Source of the DNA: the human T2T-CHM13v2.0 reference genome, Homo sapiens
Direction: 5' to 3' (one strand)
Assembly (NCBI RefSeq): GCF_009914755.1
Contig: NC_060945.1
Length of the DNA: 64,000 nucleotides
Positions 13,914-26,479 of the stretch are shown here, piece by piece. The notes beneath the pieces were generated by a model. That model had not been told where the DNA came from and searched no databases. It worked only from the letters and a program-made list of their open reading frames with translations. Position numbers and translations under genes: made by a program. Position 1 is the first letter of the stretch. Every line of letters begins with the position of its first letter.

Positions 13914-14429
13914 TTTCCTCTTTGAGATTTGGGTATCTCGAAATTAATCAATAGGAAGGTTTTAAGGAGAAAAATAGGCATTAGGGAGTCTAATTTTCCA
14001 TTCCCCCAGCCACAAGTGTCTAGTTACTTTTGAGTAGTTAGATTGGTTGACTTTTCCAAGAAATCCTTCATGCCCATTATTTCACTCTTATTCCTTTATT
14101 CTTTTGTCATGGGAATGCTTTTCTAAACTCAATTCAACATGCAGTTAACTCATACAGAGAAACTCCTAGATGTTGTGTATTGTTCTAAACTCCAATGAGC
14201 ATTATCTTGTTTAGTCTTCACAATAAACAGAGACACTTAGAGGTTACTTGCTCAAGTTCCTTTGGAACCCAATCTCTTGATTCCAACTTTAATGCTTTCT
14301 CCACTCCTCTTAAGAGATAAGCATGAAAGGGCAAGTTTTGGGAAGGAGAAAGGCAGGCACATGTTAAGCTGGTAACGGCTGTTGCCTAAATGCCTAATGA
14401 AAGATTTCATAGGAATGATCTCATAGTTA

Positions 14430-15060
14430 TATGAGAGCAAGAATGGGTCATGGCCAGCACTGGAGTGTCTGTCTAAGAACACTTAAAGGAGAGATAACCC
14501 ACCTACTTCACTAGTGTCCTTGGGTTTGGCCTATGTCAGGATACAGGTGGGTCTGATTGCTTAGCTGTAGCAACTGGCTGACACTAGCTGGGGATAAGGG
14601 GGTGGGGACTGGCTCACTACAAAGAGATTCCCCAGCTGGAGCTGCTCTCAAGGGGAGGTGGTGTGGGGGCTTAGCTGCTGTGAAAAACTGGGTGGCCAGT
14701 TGGTTGTGGTATGAGCCAGACTGAGAGGGATGTTATTTACGGGAGCCAGTTCCAGCTGGTAGTCATACAGGATGAGGCCACCCTGCAGAGATGGTAGCAG
14801 GCAGGGGTGGGAAAAGCGTGGGCCAGGGACCAGTGCTGAGCTTGGGTAACAAAAAGGATGTCGCGAACCCAATCAGGAATGAAGGGCAACTGAGTGTCAA
14901 ATGTGTGGAGTTGTTGGCTGTGCATCTGGGTCCACTCTTGTTGGTAAAGAGGAGCCTGGCTGGGGCAGGCACGGTGCCTCATACTGTTCTGAGTTTGTCC
15001 CCTGGATTATCTTTGGCACAAATGCTTTAATTTGTTTTCTCCCCTTAACCAATTACATTG
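14430..15060. mobile_element. G-rich block, possibly an ancient LTR (family not identified)
   Basis: Abrupt GC/G-rich shift with no credible ORF; weak LTR-like impression only. Confidence 0.3.
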
Positions 15061-17003
15061 GTAGGAAAGTCATAGGCAGGTTTTATAGCAGTATTTACCC
15101 TTTACCCTGTATATGACCTTAATATTTTTGATCTACAAAATGTAAATATTTTTACATTCCACCTCTCTTTCTCATACAGAAAATGTGAGGATCAATAAAA
15201 CAGTATACATATGGCTTTCCTGGAAAGAATTGCTATGGAATATAAACGCTTCTTGGAAAGGAGATGAAACAGCACAGAGTATCTGATTCTCAAAGCATGC
15301 AAAACTAGTGATTAGTTATGGTAAAAGAGAAGGCAAGAGACAGTCCCCCTATGAGAATAACTTTGGTTGACTTACACTGTTTTTACAATGTATTTGTTTA
15401 CTGTGTTGAAATTATTGGCCAGAGATTCTGACATGAGTGTTTTTTATTTCCTGCATCTCCAACTAAAACTCCTCATTTCTTTTTCTTTTTTAAAAATTTT
15501 TTGCTGCAAGGACAAAAAAATGCTCCCCATTTCTTTTTTAATTAACTTAGTTGCTAACGAGGAGATTCAAAACCTAAATGTTTAGAATATATTTTGGAAA
15601 TCCTTCTAACCATGATAATAAAGACGAGGTCTCACTTGTTTGCCTATACACTACTGGTATCCTATTCTTTCTTTGATTTTGAATGTTATATCCTGGTATA
15701 GATAGACCCGTGGGCATAACAGTGATGGAGAAAAGGTAGGGCAGGGCGCAAGTCCTGAACTTTGACCTAGAAATTCAGATGAAATAAAAATTCTAAACTG
15801 GTTTATTTAGGATCATATACATATGAAAACATAAAAAATGGGTATAATGAAATTTCTGCCTGATTCGTGAGCAAATCCAAGGATGTTCTCAAGTGGGAGC
15901 ATTTTGCTTCTTTGCTTTCCTGCCTGACTGAAAAGAGGAAGTTCTGAAGATGGGAAGTCTATGGATGGCACTTTTCTGGAACTGGCAGGGTGTACCTGAC
16001 ATAGTGGGAAGGAGGGTAAAGAGTAGTGGCCAAATCCACTGAATCAATCCTTACCTCATTCTTTGATGATATCATGAAGCATTTCGCCAGTCTTTAGAAG
16101 TCCTGTTGTATTGAGTATCATCCTCCTAGAAAAGTCCACGCAGAACTGTAATGCCATGGGAGTTTATTTGGCTAATCCATAGAGGATGGTGGAGTTGCAT
16201 TCTCTTATCAGAAATATACCTTCTGCACTCCCACCACTCATCGACCCAGAGAATTTTATATTATTAAATAGAATACAAGCCAGAACTATTTGCATTTACA
16301 TTACTTAATTAATGTCGAGCAATCACAAGAACTGTGACTATATCTTGGGACTTATACCTGCTTGACCTAGCCTGCACACCAAAGTGATACCTTCCAGAAC
16401 CAAAAGAACAAAATAATTTATGTTTCAATAGTTACAGAAAAAAGTGATTCTCAGTTTTTAAGGAGCTGTGTTGTTCTTGATTCTGCTAATCAGGTTCAGA
16501 AGTACTGAGTTTTAGATTCAAAACACCTAGCAATAAATTTAAAAAAACCAAAGATTTAAAAGTAGACATTTATGTTTCTTCTAAAAAATTATCAAATAAA
16601 ATGCTAAAATATCAGACAGTCTGTGTCACTACTGGTCACTTGGCTAGCTTAACCTTATATATTAAACACATTAAACAATGTTAGTGGTATAAAACATATG
16701 CATACATTGTCATATTTTGCTCTATGATTATTAAGAAAAATAGAATGATAGAGGAAAATAATTGATGTGGTAGAGTCTTTATGAAAATATTTCTTTTTCT
16801 TCCAAAGCCCCTCTGGCTATCATCTTATTTTTATAGAAATGGCAGGTATCCATATTTTACAATAATTTTCTCAGAGATGGAAGTAAATCTATGTCCCTCT
16901 ACTTCTTCGTTCGGTTTCAATACATATTTCATAGCATTCTTAATTTTCAAGATATGACATAATTTATTTTTTTATTTTTAGTTATTTTTGTTGCGTTAAT
17001 TGG

Positions 17004-17403
17004 CATATTAGATTGCTAGGGCTGCCGTAACAAAATACCCCCAGACTGGATGTCTTTAACAACAGAAATTTAGTTTCTCACAGATCGGGGAGCTAGAAGG
17101 CTGCGATCAAAGTGTAGGCACGTTGATTTGATTCTGAGGCTTTAACTCTTTGACTCGAATATGGCTGCCTTCTCCCTTCATCTTCCACGGTCTTTCCTCA
17201 GTCTCAGTGTGTGTGTGTCTGTGTCCAAATTTCCTGTTCTTATAAGGACCCGAGTCATATTGGACTAGGGCCTACCCTACAGACCTCATTGTAACTTAAA
17301 TACCTCTTTAAATACCTTATCTTCAAATGCTGTTACATTCTGACATACTGGGGATTGGGACTTCAACATATAAATTTTGGGTGACACGATTCAGCCCCTA
17401 ACA
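17004..17403 (-). mobile_element. MLT1A/B LTR
   Basis: gctagggctgccgtaacaaaatacc...cttataaggac...gattcagcccctaaca. Confidence 0.85.
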
Positions 17404-18370
17404 ATTGGTTTATTTCCAGCCACTGTAATATAGGTTTGGTGAGGTAAAGGATTTTTGTCTATTTTGATATACTAAGCACCTATATCAGTTCCTGGGACAT
17501 AATAGACATGAAATTAGTATTTGCTGAATGAATAGATAAATGAATCGGTCAATGGATAAAACCAGTAAGTTGAGTGACAAATACGTCAACCTCAGAGCTC
17601 TCTACATCTAACAGATGCCACATTTGCTACTAAAGATCATTTGAACTTGAATTAGTAAGATTTGAACAGCCTTAGTTCTGCTTAGGCATATCAGTAACAT
17701 TTGTGGGTAAAGCCTGTAATTAGAAATAAGTACCAAATAAAATGCATTAATAATTTCAAAATGAAGAATAAAAAGCACATCAACTGTGGAGGAGAAACAG
17801 AACAGTAGGGGTTCTTTCAAGCCAACAGAACTTTAAGGACAAAGATTTGTAATTAAAAATGAAGTGAATTTAATCTTTGCTGCTAATCACTCCTGCACTG
17901 TTAGCCTGTTTTCATCAAACTAATTGATGGCATATGGAACAGATGCATGGTGAGATTACAGCTCCACTTTATGGGAGAGTTATAACAAATGTGACTTTCC
18001 CTCTATTACATGCATTAACATTCAGAAAATGCACTCCTTTGCTTTCTTCACATGCCAAAATTGGTTCTTTTGTGCAAAGCTGATTAAAAGGAATCAAAAG
18101 ATGTTTAATACACATGCAATCCATTTGATTATCCTAAGTCGTTTCTGGAATGCTATGTGCACTGTAATGTGGAGGGCGCACATTCTTAACTTCAACTCCA
18201 CATGAAAGTTTGTAGACAAAGGTTAAACACAATCTTTACTTTTTTTTGACATATTTCAAAATTCATTTTTGAAGGATGTGATAGTTAAAGTTTTATAAAA
18301 TTTGCGTCTTCTGTTTTTAGAAAGATAACTTAAGAAAGAAGCAAGTAATACCTTTAAATTTATCTGTCCA

Positions 18371-18680
18371 GGCTGGGCGCAGTGGCTCATGTCTGTGATC
18401 CTAGTGCTTTGGGAGGCAGAAGTGGGAGGATTGCTGAAAGCCAGGAGTTTGAAACCAGCCTGGACAACATAGTGAGACCCCTATTACTATGAAAAAAAAA
18501 ATTAGCTGAGTGTGGTGGCACATGCCTCTCATTCTAGCTACTTGGGAGGCTGAGGTGGAAGGATCACTTAAGGCCAGGAATTTGAGGCTGCAGTGAGCCA
18601 TGATGGTGCCACTGTACGCCAGCCTCTGTGACAGAGTAAGACCCTGTCTCTAAAAAGCAATCGTAACAATAAATAAAAAA
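18371..18680 (+). mobile_element. AluJ
   Basis: ggaggattgctg...ggatcacttaaggccaggaatttgaggctgcagtgagccatgat. Confidence 0.9.
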
Positions 18681-19053
18681 AACTCTCCAGAAATAACATG
18701 TCCTTTCATTAGTTTTTTAATAGCAATTATTAAACTAAATAGGTATGGATCTAAATAATTCTCTTCTAATTATAGATTTTGAAGTCATTGAAGGAAAGCA
18801 AAATACAAATTATTAATGATGATAATATTGCTCTGTAGTTACACAGAAGAATCACATGTGAATGACTTAAACTTTGGCATGATTCATGTATGTTAGATTT
18901 AACGTAGGTAATGAGCATTTCACCTTGAAATGAGTGCTAGGAAACAGGAACTTAGGTAAAGTGCGATGCCTTTTAATATTAAGCACTTCTCTGTTCTTTT
19001 TAGCTTGCTTCTCAATTTTGTACCTTGCTGTGACCCCCAGAGTGATTTCAGTT

Positions 19054-19423
19054 TGCTATAGACTGAATGCTTGTATCCCTTCTCAAATTCATATGTTGAA
19101 ATTCTAACGCATAACGTGGTGGTACTAAGAGGTGGGGCTTTTGGGAGGTAATTAGATCATGAGAGGAGAGCCCTCATGAATGGGCTTAGTGCCCTGATAA
19201 GGCAATACAAGAGAGCTTGCTTCCTCTCTCTGTTCTCTACCAAAGGAGAATACAACAAGAAGATGGCCATCTGTAGACCAGGAGGTGGTCCCTCCCCAGA
19301 AACTGGATGGGCCAGCACGTTGATTCTGAACTTCTAGCCTCCAGAACTGTAAGAAATAAATTTCTATTGTTTAAGCCACCTGGTCATGACATACTGTTTT
19401 AGCAGCTCAAACTGACTAAGACA
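19054..19423 (+). mobile_element. Solo MaLR LTR (MSTD/MLT1A-like)
   Basis: tgctatagactgaatg...actgactaagaca with perfect TSD CAGTT (19049-19053, 19424-19428). Confidence 0.88.
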
Positions 19424-19579
19424 CAGTTCCTTTAAACAGTATCAATACAAATACAACAATGAAAGAAACCTCATATTTCAGTGTGAATTTAAATGTCATC
19501 TCTTTGTTGGGAATTTTTTTGAACAAGTAAATTAGCTATCTCTGTTATTCCTTATCACAGCACCTTATTATTTCCTTTA

Positions 19580-19730
19580 GCTCTTCCTCCCCTCCCCTCC
19601 CCTCCCCTTCCCCTTCCCCTTCTCCTTTTCCTTTTCCTTTTCCTTTTCCTTTTCCTTCCTTCCTTCCTTCCTTCCTTCCTTCCTTCCTTCCTTCCTTCCT
19701 TCCTTCTTTCCTTCCTCTCTGTTTCTTTCT
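19580..19730. repeat. Compound polypyrimidine microsatellite (CCCCT)n-(TTTTCC)n-(TTCC)13
   Basis: Read directly; pure (TTCC)13 at 19652-19703. Confidence 0.95.
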
Positions 19731-19788
19731 TCTATCTGTGTAACTTATTATCTATTTTTACAGGTAAGTTTCATAAGATCAAGAACTA

Positions 19789-20108
<320 letters not shown>

Positions 20109-21009
20109 CTAGGCTTGTTAACTACTTTATCTCCAGTGGCTGGACAGTTACTACTGCATAATATACATCCAGCAAATATTTGTTGAATATTGTTGAATAA
20201 GTGATTTCAAAGTCACTTATTTAGCCCAGCCTGGTTCATAGACAGATATATGTTTTGTCAGTTAAGGTAAATAATAGCTGGCATACCTATTTTCAATGAT
20301 AAAAATGAAAGTAGATTTTATAAATTCATTGTCTCTTTTTATTCCCTGAACATGGTCTGGTTTAGAATTGCACATGAAAAATTATGAAGTGAGCTTAGCA
20401 TCTCATGTTACCCATTATGCTTTCTCTTTCTCACCTTCTTTAATTTCTTAGAGTTCTTATGGCCTCTTTAATTTTTTTCTAATCAAAGAAAATGAGGTGA
20501 GAAGTCACTTTCACTTGGGTGCGGATGAACCAATATCATCTCTCCTAAAGCAATAGATCTATTTATAGGAATCTCAGCTTTAAATAGCATGAGTGATAAT
20601 AATTCATAAATCAGTCAGACTCTAGGCAATGTGTTAAACATAGATATTGATGTGGGGGATGTACAAATTCCTACTTTAATTTATGGCATTAGAATCACAC
20701 CTTGCTTGCAGGCAGACATTTTGGCCACATGTCTGACATTGTTTGAATATATTATGAAGCCAGATTAAACAATCCTTGTGTATATTTTAAATTTTTTAGA
20801 AACAGAAGAATGAAATGAGTTTCACTGAAGATAGATGTGTTATGAAAACATAAACATTTTGAAACTTTGATCAAAATAGTAATCTTTACTTGTTTTTATG
20901 TGCAAAAAGGCAACAATTTAGGAAACTGTATATATTTAACATGTATCAGGGATATTTTATCTATCTATAAATTTAGCTAAGTCTCTATCTGATTGTTTAT
21001 TTCTAGTCA

Positions 21010-22030
21010 TCTAGAATCTGGAACCTTCCTGTTTTGGGGGGAATCTCAGGGAGGCTCCACTTCCCACAAAGAGACAAAGGAGGTAGATATTCCTGTCTCA
21101 ATGCCCTAGCAGCTAGGGCTCAGGTAAGTGAGCCTCAAGCAAATGGATGTTCAAGCCCAGGACACTGAATCTTATAATTAATTAAAAGATTTTCAAGTTA
21201 GTGGGAACTATGGAGTAAAGTCCAGGCGTGCAGTAGTGCTAGTGAGAACAACAGGAAGTGTCCTGTGATAGCATTGCAGCCACATCATCTCTGGGACATG
21301 ACCTGGCTGTGTTATTAGCTTTTATCCTCTCTTGGATCCTGGGGCTTTCTGAGAGGCTTCTCTAGCCCCCTTGTCAATTATGTAAGGTACTGGAGATCTG
21401 TGGCAGGCAGGCTCTAACATAGCCCCCAGTGATCCCTCCCCACTGATTCTTGTGCCCTCGAGTAATCTTCTCTCTTTGAGAGTGGGCTGGACCTAATGGC
21501 TAACTTCTAACTAATAGGATATGGCAAAAGTGATGGGATGTTACTCTTGAGATTAGGCTACAAAGAGACTGTGACTTCTGTCATCGGTGTACGCATTCTC
21601 TTGCCTACTCTAAGGAAAGCCAAATGACAATTTGGAAACGACCTTACAAAGAGACCTGCATGGCAAGGAACTACCTGGTTGCCAGTCCATGTCTGGACAA
21701 CGAGCAGCATGGACCTGAGGTTTGTTAACTCATGTGAGTGAGCTTGGAAACAGATCCTCCTTCAGTTGAGCCAGTAGGCTGGCTAGACCTGCTTGGAGTC
21801 TTGTGAGAGACCTTTTGTCAGAAACACCCAGCTGAGCCATTACCCACAGAAACTGATGTCATTAACCACAGAAACTGTGACATACTATAACTGCTCGTCG
21901 TTTTCCATTGTTAAGCATTGGATAATCTGTTACATAGAAATACATAAGTAATTAAATGTCCTTCCAGAAAATCTCTCTTCTGTTTAAGTAAACTAGATTA
22001 GGTTTCTGTTGGTTGCAATGGAGAATGCAG
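21010..22030 (+). mobile_element. ERVL 5' LTR (LTR33-like), split by an MLT1 LTR
   Basis: ccctagcagctagggctcagg...; resumes ccttccagaaaatctctcttctgtttaagt...gtttctgttggttgcaa, followed by internal start gaaattgttact. Confidence 0.55.
21399..21952 (+). mobile_element. MLT1F/H-like LTR
   Basis: tgtggcaggcaggctctaacatagcccccagtgatccc...gagtgggctggacctaatg...cccacagaaactgtga. Confidence 0.75.
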
Positions 22031-24250
22031 AAATTGTTACTAGGAATAGAAATGGATGGGATCGGACTGAAGACAGTGGAAATCTCTTTAGGATTCTGGA
22101 AAAAAATCCTGAAATTTATTGTATTCAATAAGAAAACACTTATTTAAAATTTTAATCTGTGGTCAATTTATAATAAAGTACCCTTTGAAGGCAAAATTTG
22201 GGTAAATCCAGTGTTTGCTACCTTAGAAAAATAGTAGAGGTATGTGGAATTTAAAGTCATGTAGCAGGGTGGCTTTTTCTAATAGTATTGGGCAGATCAG
22301 AGGAGAATAACCAAGGGTAAGTTTCTAGATTTTCAGCAAGGCATAGATGTTTTATGACTTTGCCAAAGATTCAACAACTGTTTGAAGCCATAGGGCTGAG
22401 TCAGTCAAGAACCAAATGAATAGTTTGATCTAATTAGTTACTAAATTAGAATGCAGTCAAAATTTTGGTTCATAATGGCTCTTATATGAAAACGGAAACT
22501 CAGAATTGGTCTGGCAATATCTAGGAAGATGCGAAGCCCCTGGTGAAGCTGAAACTGCCAACTCCACTGAACTTCTCATGGCAACCAATGCAGACCCACT
22601 TCCCCTATCTGGAAAAGTTGTTCTCTCTTTGCCTAAAGATGTCATAAGTCTTTAACCTGTGGGAGATTCCTTACTAGGGCAACTTGCCTCATTTTCACTC
22701 TGAAAATACTTTTAATTGTTTACTTAGTTAGCTGATTGGAACCTATATTTAACAGTGGCCCATATTTAATAAAAGAGATGTCAGAAATTCCTTGGTAATA
22801 ATAGAGAAGAAGAAGCTAAAGAATTTCAGAAGGCTTAAGAAATTGGGGTAATTTTATCTAATATGACCCAGCTGGGGCAGGACAGACTTTATTTGCCAAA
22901 ATTATGAAAAATAGATTTTTTTGGGGGGGAGAAAAATGCCATTACATTTGCCATTGGAAAGGGGCTTTGGAGATTGTTCTCTGTAGATCAGCATACTATT
23001 AAATGCTACAGGTATAACTGGTTCCTTGGTTGCAGTGGGGATGGTTGAATCCTGGAGAGGCAGAGGCCAGGCTTACTTGCATTTTGTATTAGGTAGAGGG
23101 GGATAAAATAGCTGTTGAGTCCACTAAGATTCTACTTGAGGCCCAATAAATTACACTATTAGAGAATCCATAGCCTTTTTCCTAATTACCAAAGGGATCG
23201 ATCCAATGACTCAGCATCTATGAATGAAGAGAGTTAAAATTACCTTTGAGAAAAAACAAGTATATGCTGTGAACCTTCATCCTAGGATTCTCCAAATTAT
23301 TCTATTTCTACTTGCCATCACAGTTGTATCATTTATATGATTTTTTGGCACTGCCTGTGAATAGACACTAATTTACAATGCTACTGCAGATTACCAGTCA
23401 TAGTATGGGCTTATGGAGAGTCAGCTGATAAACAGAACTCAAACCAGGTAGGGGGAACTTGGGAAGATGTTAGCAAAGGATAAAACATTTAGTTAGAGAG
23501 GAGAAATAAGGTCAAGATATATATTGTACAACATGGCAACTGTGGTTAATAACAATGAATTGAATACTTGAAAATTGCTAGGAGAGTAGATCTTAGGTGT
23601 TCACACCAGAAAAATGATAAGTGTATGAAATAATGCATATTTTAATTAGCTGTATTTATCCGTTATTCAATATATACATGTTTCAAAATATGTATATCAT
23701 AAATGTATACAATTTTTATGTATCATTTAAAAACATTTTTAAAAATAACATTAAGAAGTTAGGAAAATACAGAATGCATACAATAAAGTTCTGAAGGGGA
23801 GAAAATAGATTTTTGACCCAAACAATGCTGAATCACTAGGGAGTCATTGGAGATTAGTGCCACAATACAATATTTGAAAGATTCGGGGGAATTGATTCCT
23901 ACCCCTTTCTCATTTATCTCTCCAATATGACTGGTGCTGAAGATAGATGACTTCAGGAAAATGACAGGTGGTTACCTGAAATGAAACTTCTGTTTCAAAT
24001 GTGATCCCCTTACTGGAGCAAATCAATGTACCCTAACATCTGGTGTGCAATTACTTACTTGAAAATATTTTTCTCTTATTTCCTTTTTTTTCCCCACTGA
24101 ACAGAAGATACCAGAACTTTTAAAAGCTAGCACTGTCTCTCCAAACTGTGGCCCAGAATTCCATCGACATGTAGTTTCACTCTATTGTTCACCTGGTGCT
24201 GATAGAACCTGGAAAGCAGTTATCTTAAAGGTGACGGCATGACATTTGCA
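22030..24250 (+). mobile_element. ERVL internal relic including RT-domain start (may extend to ~26470)
   Basis: From 23850: EISATIQYLKDSGELIPTPFSFISPI*LVLKIDDFRKMT, matching ERVL pol [45 protein letters not shown] at ~24010. Confidence 0.8.
23445..23745 (+). mobile_element. L1MA 3' end inserted in ERVL internal
   Basis: gttagagaggagaaataagg...tacttgaaaattgctaggagagtagatctta. Confidence 0.8.
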
Positions 24251-24255
24251 TGGCA

Positions 24256-24800
24256 TTCATTCACTTGAAAATAGCTATTGAGTGCTTATTTTGTGTTAGT
24301 TTCCTTTTTAGTATTTAAAACGTAGCAGTGAACAAAAGGGAACAAATTCTTGTTCTCATAAGCTTACATCATGGAAGGGAGAGAGTAAGTATAAACAAGC
24401 ATGTGTATGCATCACATATTAAATTCTGATGAATGCTATGCAAAGAACAAAAACGGGAGTAAACGAGGTCAGAGGATGATACTTAATATTGGGGGTTAGG
24501 GAAGGCTGAACTGATAGGATGATATACCAATGGAGACCTGATGGAACAGAAAAAATGCAACACAAAATATTTTGGACAAGAAAGTTCAAAATTTAAGGAA
24601 TAGGTAATGCAAAGACAATAAAAGCGGTGACCTGCATTTCACTGTGAACATAGCAGCTGGTACACTGAGTGAGGTAGGGATAAGGACAGAGGCAGGAGAT
24701 CATATAGGTCATTGTAGTCTGTCTCTGAGTGAATTGGGAAATGGCTGGTTTTGTGCAGAAGTATGACATTATCTGACATATATTTAAAAAGAACCATTTA
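24256..24800 (-). mobile_element. L2 3' part
   Basis: ttcattcac...tattgagtgcttattttgtg...gcagtgaacaaaa...gacattatctgacatatatttaaaaag. Confidence 0.7.
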
Positions 24801-26479
24801 TTTATTATTCTCTTCAGGTGGTATCAGAAACTGATTCCTCCCATAGCATCCTGCCACAAAATAATATTGCAACTTTAATTAATATCAATGTTTGGATTTA
24901 TTTATGGTAAGATACCACTGGGTGACAGTCCTGTGACCTCTGACTGCAGGGACCAAATCATTATCACTTAGAGAATGAGTGGAACTTAATGGTTTACACC
25001 CAGCAGCAGAAATGTGGGAGTAACAGCCCATTTGCCTTTTTCAGTTGTCAAAGTTATGTTATGGGTATAGTAGGGTATAGCCTTGGATCTGTATAACTCT
25101 ATGTTTCTGAAGAACTAGTGAGACAGAACCATTGAGAACATATTTACATGAGGGATCATTAAAATACCTGGGAAAGAACTCAACATAAGGGAAGAGAATC
25201 AAGACGCTCACACACAATGTGACTTCAGAGACCTCTCATTTAAAATAACATAGCTTAAGTTTGGCTGATATAGTCTGTACTATATTCTCACAAAAATACT
25301 TTAAAAATAGAAAAAAGAAAAAACCTTATAACATCTTAAGATAAGTTTGAGTATCAGCGTGATTTCAGAATCTGAAAGGAATTTCCACTGACTCTAAGGT
25401 ATATGAAATTGAATTGAGAACCCTATGAGTGGCCCATCCAAACAATGACTTGGCAAGCTTGCCCACTGTTTCTCTTGTTCATATTATGACTGTGCTTTAT
25501 TCTGGGAATGGCTATGCTTCTCAGTCATGTGTAGGAAATCATCTTATAAGATGATTTCTATAATATGTAATAATGGAAATGTTAGGAAACAAAATTTGTT
25601 GCATTATGTCATGCAAACTTTGCCTCCTTGGCACTTTGAAATCTGTTAGAAAACATAAGAGTTTCTCTTCTCTGTGCACCAGGTGACCTGAAATACATAG
25701 TAATTGATGTCGTCATCTTGAATATAAAAGACAAAGTGTGGTGCAAGTGTAGCCCTTCCAGGTCACCACCACCTGTCAGGCAGCAGGGCTTGGGAAGTCT
25801 TCCACAATCCACAGAATATGGACTAAGATTTATGGAATAGGATTTACTGGGGAAAGTCTACAAATTAAGAGCCAATAGGAAGGAAAGAAGCATACAGTAC
25901 CTGCATTTTCTTCATGTCATGGAGTTAATGCCATGGCCTGGGTGGTCTAATAGAAGTGGAATATATTTGTATTAGCGTGGAGGGTCTCCATTCTCCTGTG
26001 ATTCTTTCTTCTATTGGGTAAATGTGAGAACAACAATTGTCAGCGGGCATGCAATAGACTACTGGGTCAGCAGGCAATCTGAATTTAGAAGACAGCTTTC
26101 TATATAAATTGTCTGGGTAATCTTGAACCCCAGTACTTAGATAGTATGTGAGGTCTGTAGGAGACTGAAGTTCTTTCTCCAGGGAGGAAAAAGCCACCAG
26201 TAACATGAAAATTTGACTTTAGGTATATTCTCTTTGACTAGAGAAGGAGAGAAAGCCTCAGGCTCGCCACTTGTTAAGGGAGTTCAGAGAGACCTGGTTG
26301 CTGTACCACAGTAGGTCATCTCAGATGAGAGAAACAGTTATCAGACTCCCAGTGCATGACTCCAGACAGACCTCTTTTTGTCCACTCCCATTAAGATGGA
26401 TTGCAGAGAACCTTAAGTTCTGTTTGGTCCTTTGCAACATTTCAGGGAGAGAGGTCTTACTAGCAGAAGATTGAAAAAT

